NCBI GenBank assembly: GCA_043228905.1
Contig: JBHGNT010000005.1
Coordinates: 18,414,001 to 18,478,000 of the forward strand
DNA: 64,000 bases
Reading direction: 5' to 3'
From: Azolla caroliniana
Taxonomy: Eukaryota > Plantae > Polypodiophyta
Shown one piece after another: positions 62,480 to 64,000 of the stretch. The position numbers and the translations under genes were made by a program. Within the stretch, counting starts at the first letter, position 1; each line of letters starts with the position of its first letter. Below the pieces are notes generated by a model that searched no databases, was not told the origin of the DNA, and saw only the letters and a program-made list of their open reading frames with translations.

Positions 62480-64000
62480 CTATCCCCCCTTTAAAACGAC
62501 GAGTGTCACGAGTCGTCTTGGATTGAGGACTTGGTTTGTGTGGATATTGACGATGGAGGTCTTCAAGAAGAGCACGAGCATTGGTCACATTCTCGATCGG
62601 TTCCCAAGTACGTTCGTTGGGGCTATAGCCTAGCCAATCGACTAGATAGTAGAGCTTGTTGCGAACAATCTTGGAATCAAGGATGGCGGCAACCTCGTAC
62701 TCCGGCCCATCTTCAAGCTCGATCGGGGGTGGAGGTTGGATAAGACATCCTAGGATGGTGCTCTCGTGGTAGGGTTCGAGGAGAGAACTATGAAACACCG
62801 GATGTATCCGAAGTTGAGGAGGTAGATCGAGACGAAAAGCAACATCATTAATCTGTCCAATAATACGGAAAGGACCTAATCGTCGATAATCTAACTTCTC
62901 ACATGGACGAGTAGTCTTGATGTGTCGTCGTAGCAGCCACACCCGATCTCCAATATTAAAACTAGATGGAAGTCGATGACGATCCGCGTAGACCTTGTGT
63001 GTTTGTTGAGCTTGTTGGAGATGACTAGATAAATCCGCTTGTATCTTGCGTAACTGCTCCAAACGATCCTCCGCGCACGGATTTGTGGACACCTCTGGGG
63101 TTTCAAGTACACACCACCGGGGGTGACATCCCGTATAAGCATAAAATGGCGTAACTTTAGTGGATGCGTGGATAGAGTTGTTATAGGCAAATTCGGCGAA
63201 GTGGAGAATATCTGCCCAGTCATCTTGATGATAGCTGAGAAAGCACCGCAGATACTGCTCCAATGTTTGATTTGTTCGTTGAGCTTGGCCGTCGGTTTGT
63301 GGGTGGTAGCCGGAGGAGAGGTTACAAGTGACCTTGAGCATGTTAAAAAGGTGCTTCCAGAATTTTGACACGAACTGGGGTCCACGGTTGCTGATGATAC
63401 TATCGGGAAGTCCATGATGCCGACATACTTCACGCATGACAATTTCAGCAGTGTCTTCATTGGAGATCTCCTTAGTACATGGCAAGAAATGAGCCATCTT
63501 CGTATATCGATTGACCACCGTTAGAATAGCATTGAACCCCTTAGAGACTGGAAGATCTGTGATGAAGTCTAGAGCAATGGATTGCCACGGCTTGCTTGGA
63601 ATTGGTAATGGTTCTAATAAACCATATGGATGATGCCTTGGCATTTTTGCTCTGCAACATGTATCACAAGTCCGAACAAAATCCTTGACAAATTGTCGCA
63701 TACAGGGCCACCAGAATGTTCGTTGTACTAAATGTAATGTTTTAGTACTACCAAAATGCCCAACTGTATATGTGTCATGACAGTTTTGTACTACTCGAAG
63801 GCGGCAAGAACCATTAGGAACATACAAAAGTTCTTTAAAGAAGAGTAATCCATCATGGTATTTGAATTGCCGATAGTCCGTACCCGGTGGTTGCGACTGT
63901 GAACACGACGCTCGAGAGGGATCAATTTGTGCTAGTATAGCTTGGGCGAACGCATCTGTCTTCAAGTCTTCACATATGGTATCGATAACGTGGGAATCCA
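62472..64000 (-). CDS. Chromovirus pol C-terminus: integrase plus chromodomain, open frame continuing beyond the window
   Basis: HHCC (CHD..GHFG..CDTC), WQSIALDF, ISNRGPQF, GYHPQTDGQ, GPFRI, EYEVAAILDS..YLVDWLGY..TWEP. The stop codon falls inside the LTR. Confidence 0.93.
   Translation of the reverse strand, partial: DSHVIDTICEDLKTDAFAQAILAQIDPSRASCSQSQPPGTDYRQFKYHDGLLFFKELLYVPNGSCRLRVVQNCHDTYTVGHFGSTKTLHLVQRTFWWPCMRQFVKDFVRTCDTCCRAKMPRHHPYGLLEPLPIPSKPWQSIALDFITDLPVSKGFNAILTVVNRYTKMAHFLPCTKEISNEDTAEIVMREVCRHHGLPDSIISNRGPQFVSKFWKHLFNMLKVTCNLSSGYHPQTDGQAQRTNQTLEQYLRCFLSYHQDDWADILHFAEFAYNNSIHASTKVTPFYAYTGCHPRWCVLETPEVSTNPCAEDRLEQLRKIQADLSSHLQQAQQTHKVYADRHRLPSSFNIGDRVWLLRRHIKTTRPCEKLDYRRLGPFRIIGQINDVAFRLDLPPQLRIHPVFHSSLLEPYHESTILGCLIQPPPPIELEDGPEYEVAAILDSKIVRNKLYYLVDWLGYSPNERTWEPIENVTNARALLEDLHRQYPHKPSPQSKTTRDTRRFKGGIVS

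Overview
Eukaryotic land-plant genomic DNA, most likely a fern or other non-seed vascular plant (inferred from the TE repertoire and host gene sequences). The window has three parts. (1) 1-17.5 kb is a decayed nest of LTR retrotransposons: two non-chromoviral Ty3/Gypsy fragments and a Ty1/Copia interrupted by a full-length chromovirus and by a LINE 3' end. (2) About 20.5-40.7 kb is a host gene island with three genes that lack coding introns: a Ser/Glu-rich single-pass membrane protein, a Nudix-like protein with overlapping uORFs, and splicing factor SF3B1. A Mutator-type MITE carrying a 39-bp minisatellite sits directly upstream of SF3B1. (3) 42-64 kb is a second, deeply nested cluster. It contains an apparently intact 4.8-kb hAT transposon (TIRs, 8-bp TSD, spliced 676-aa transposase), several Copia elements, a solo LTR, and two more copies of the chromovirus family. 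The most notable signals concern this chromovirus family. It has a self-complementary, tRNA-independent primer-binding site (Tf1/sushi-type self-priming). One copy is a ~0.9-kb TSD-flanked mini-element whose R-U5 is inverted exactly at that self-priming sequence. All coordinates were read by eye; no database searches were run.
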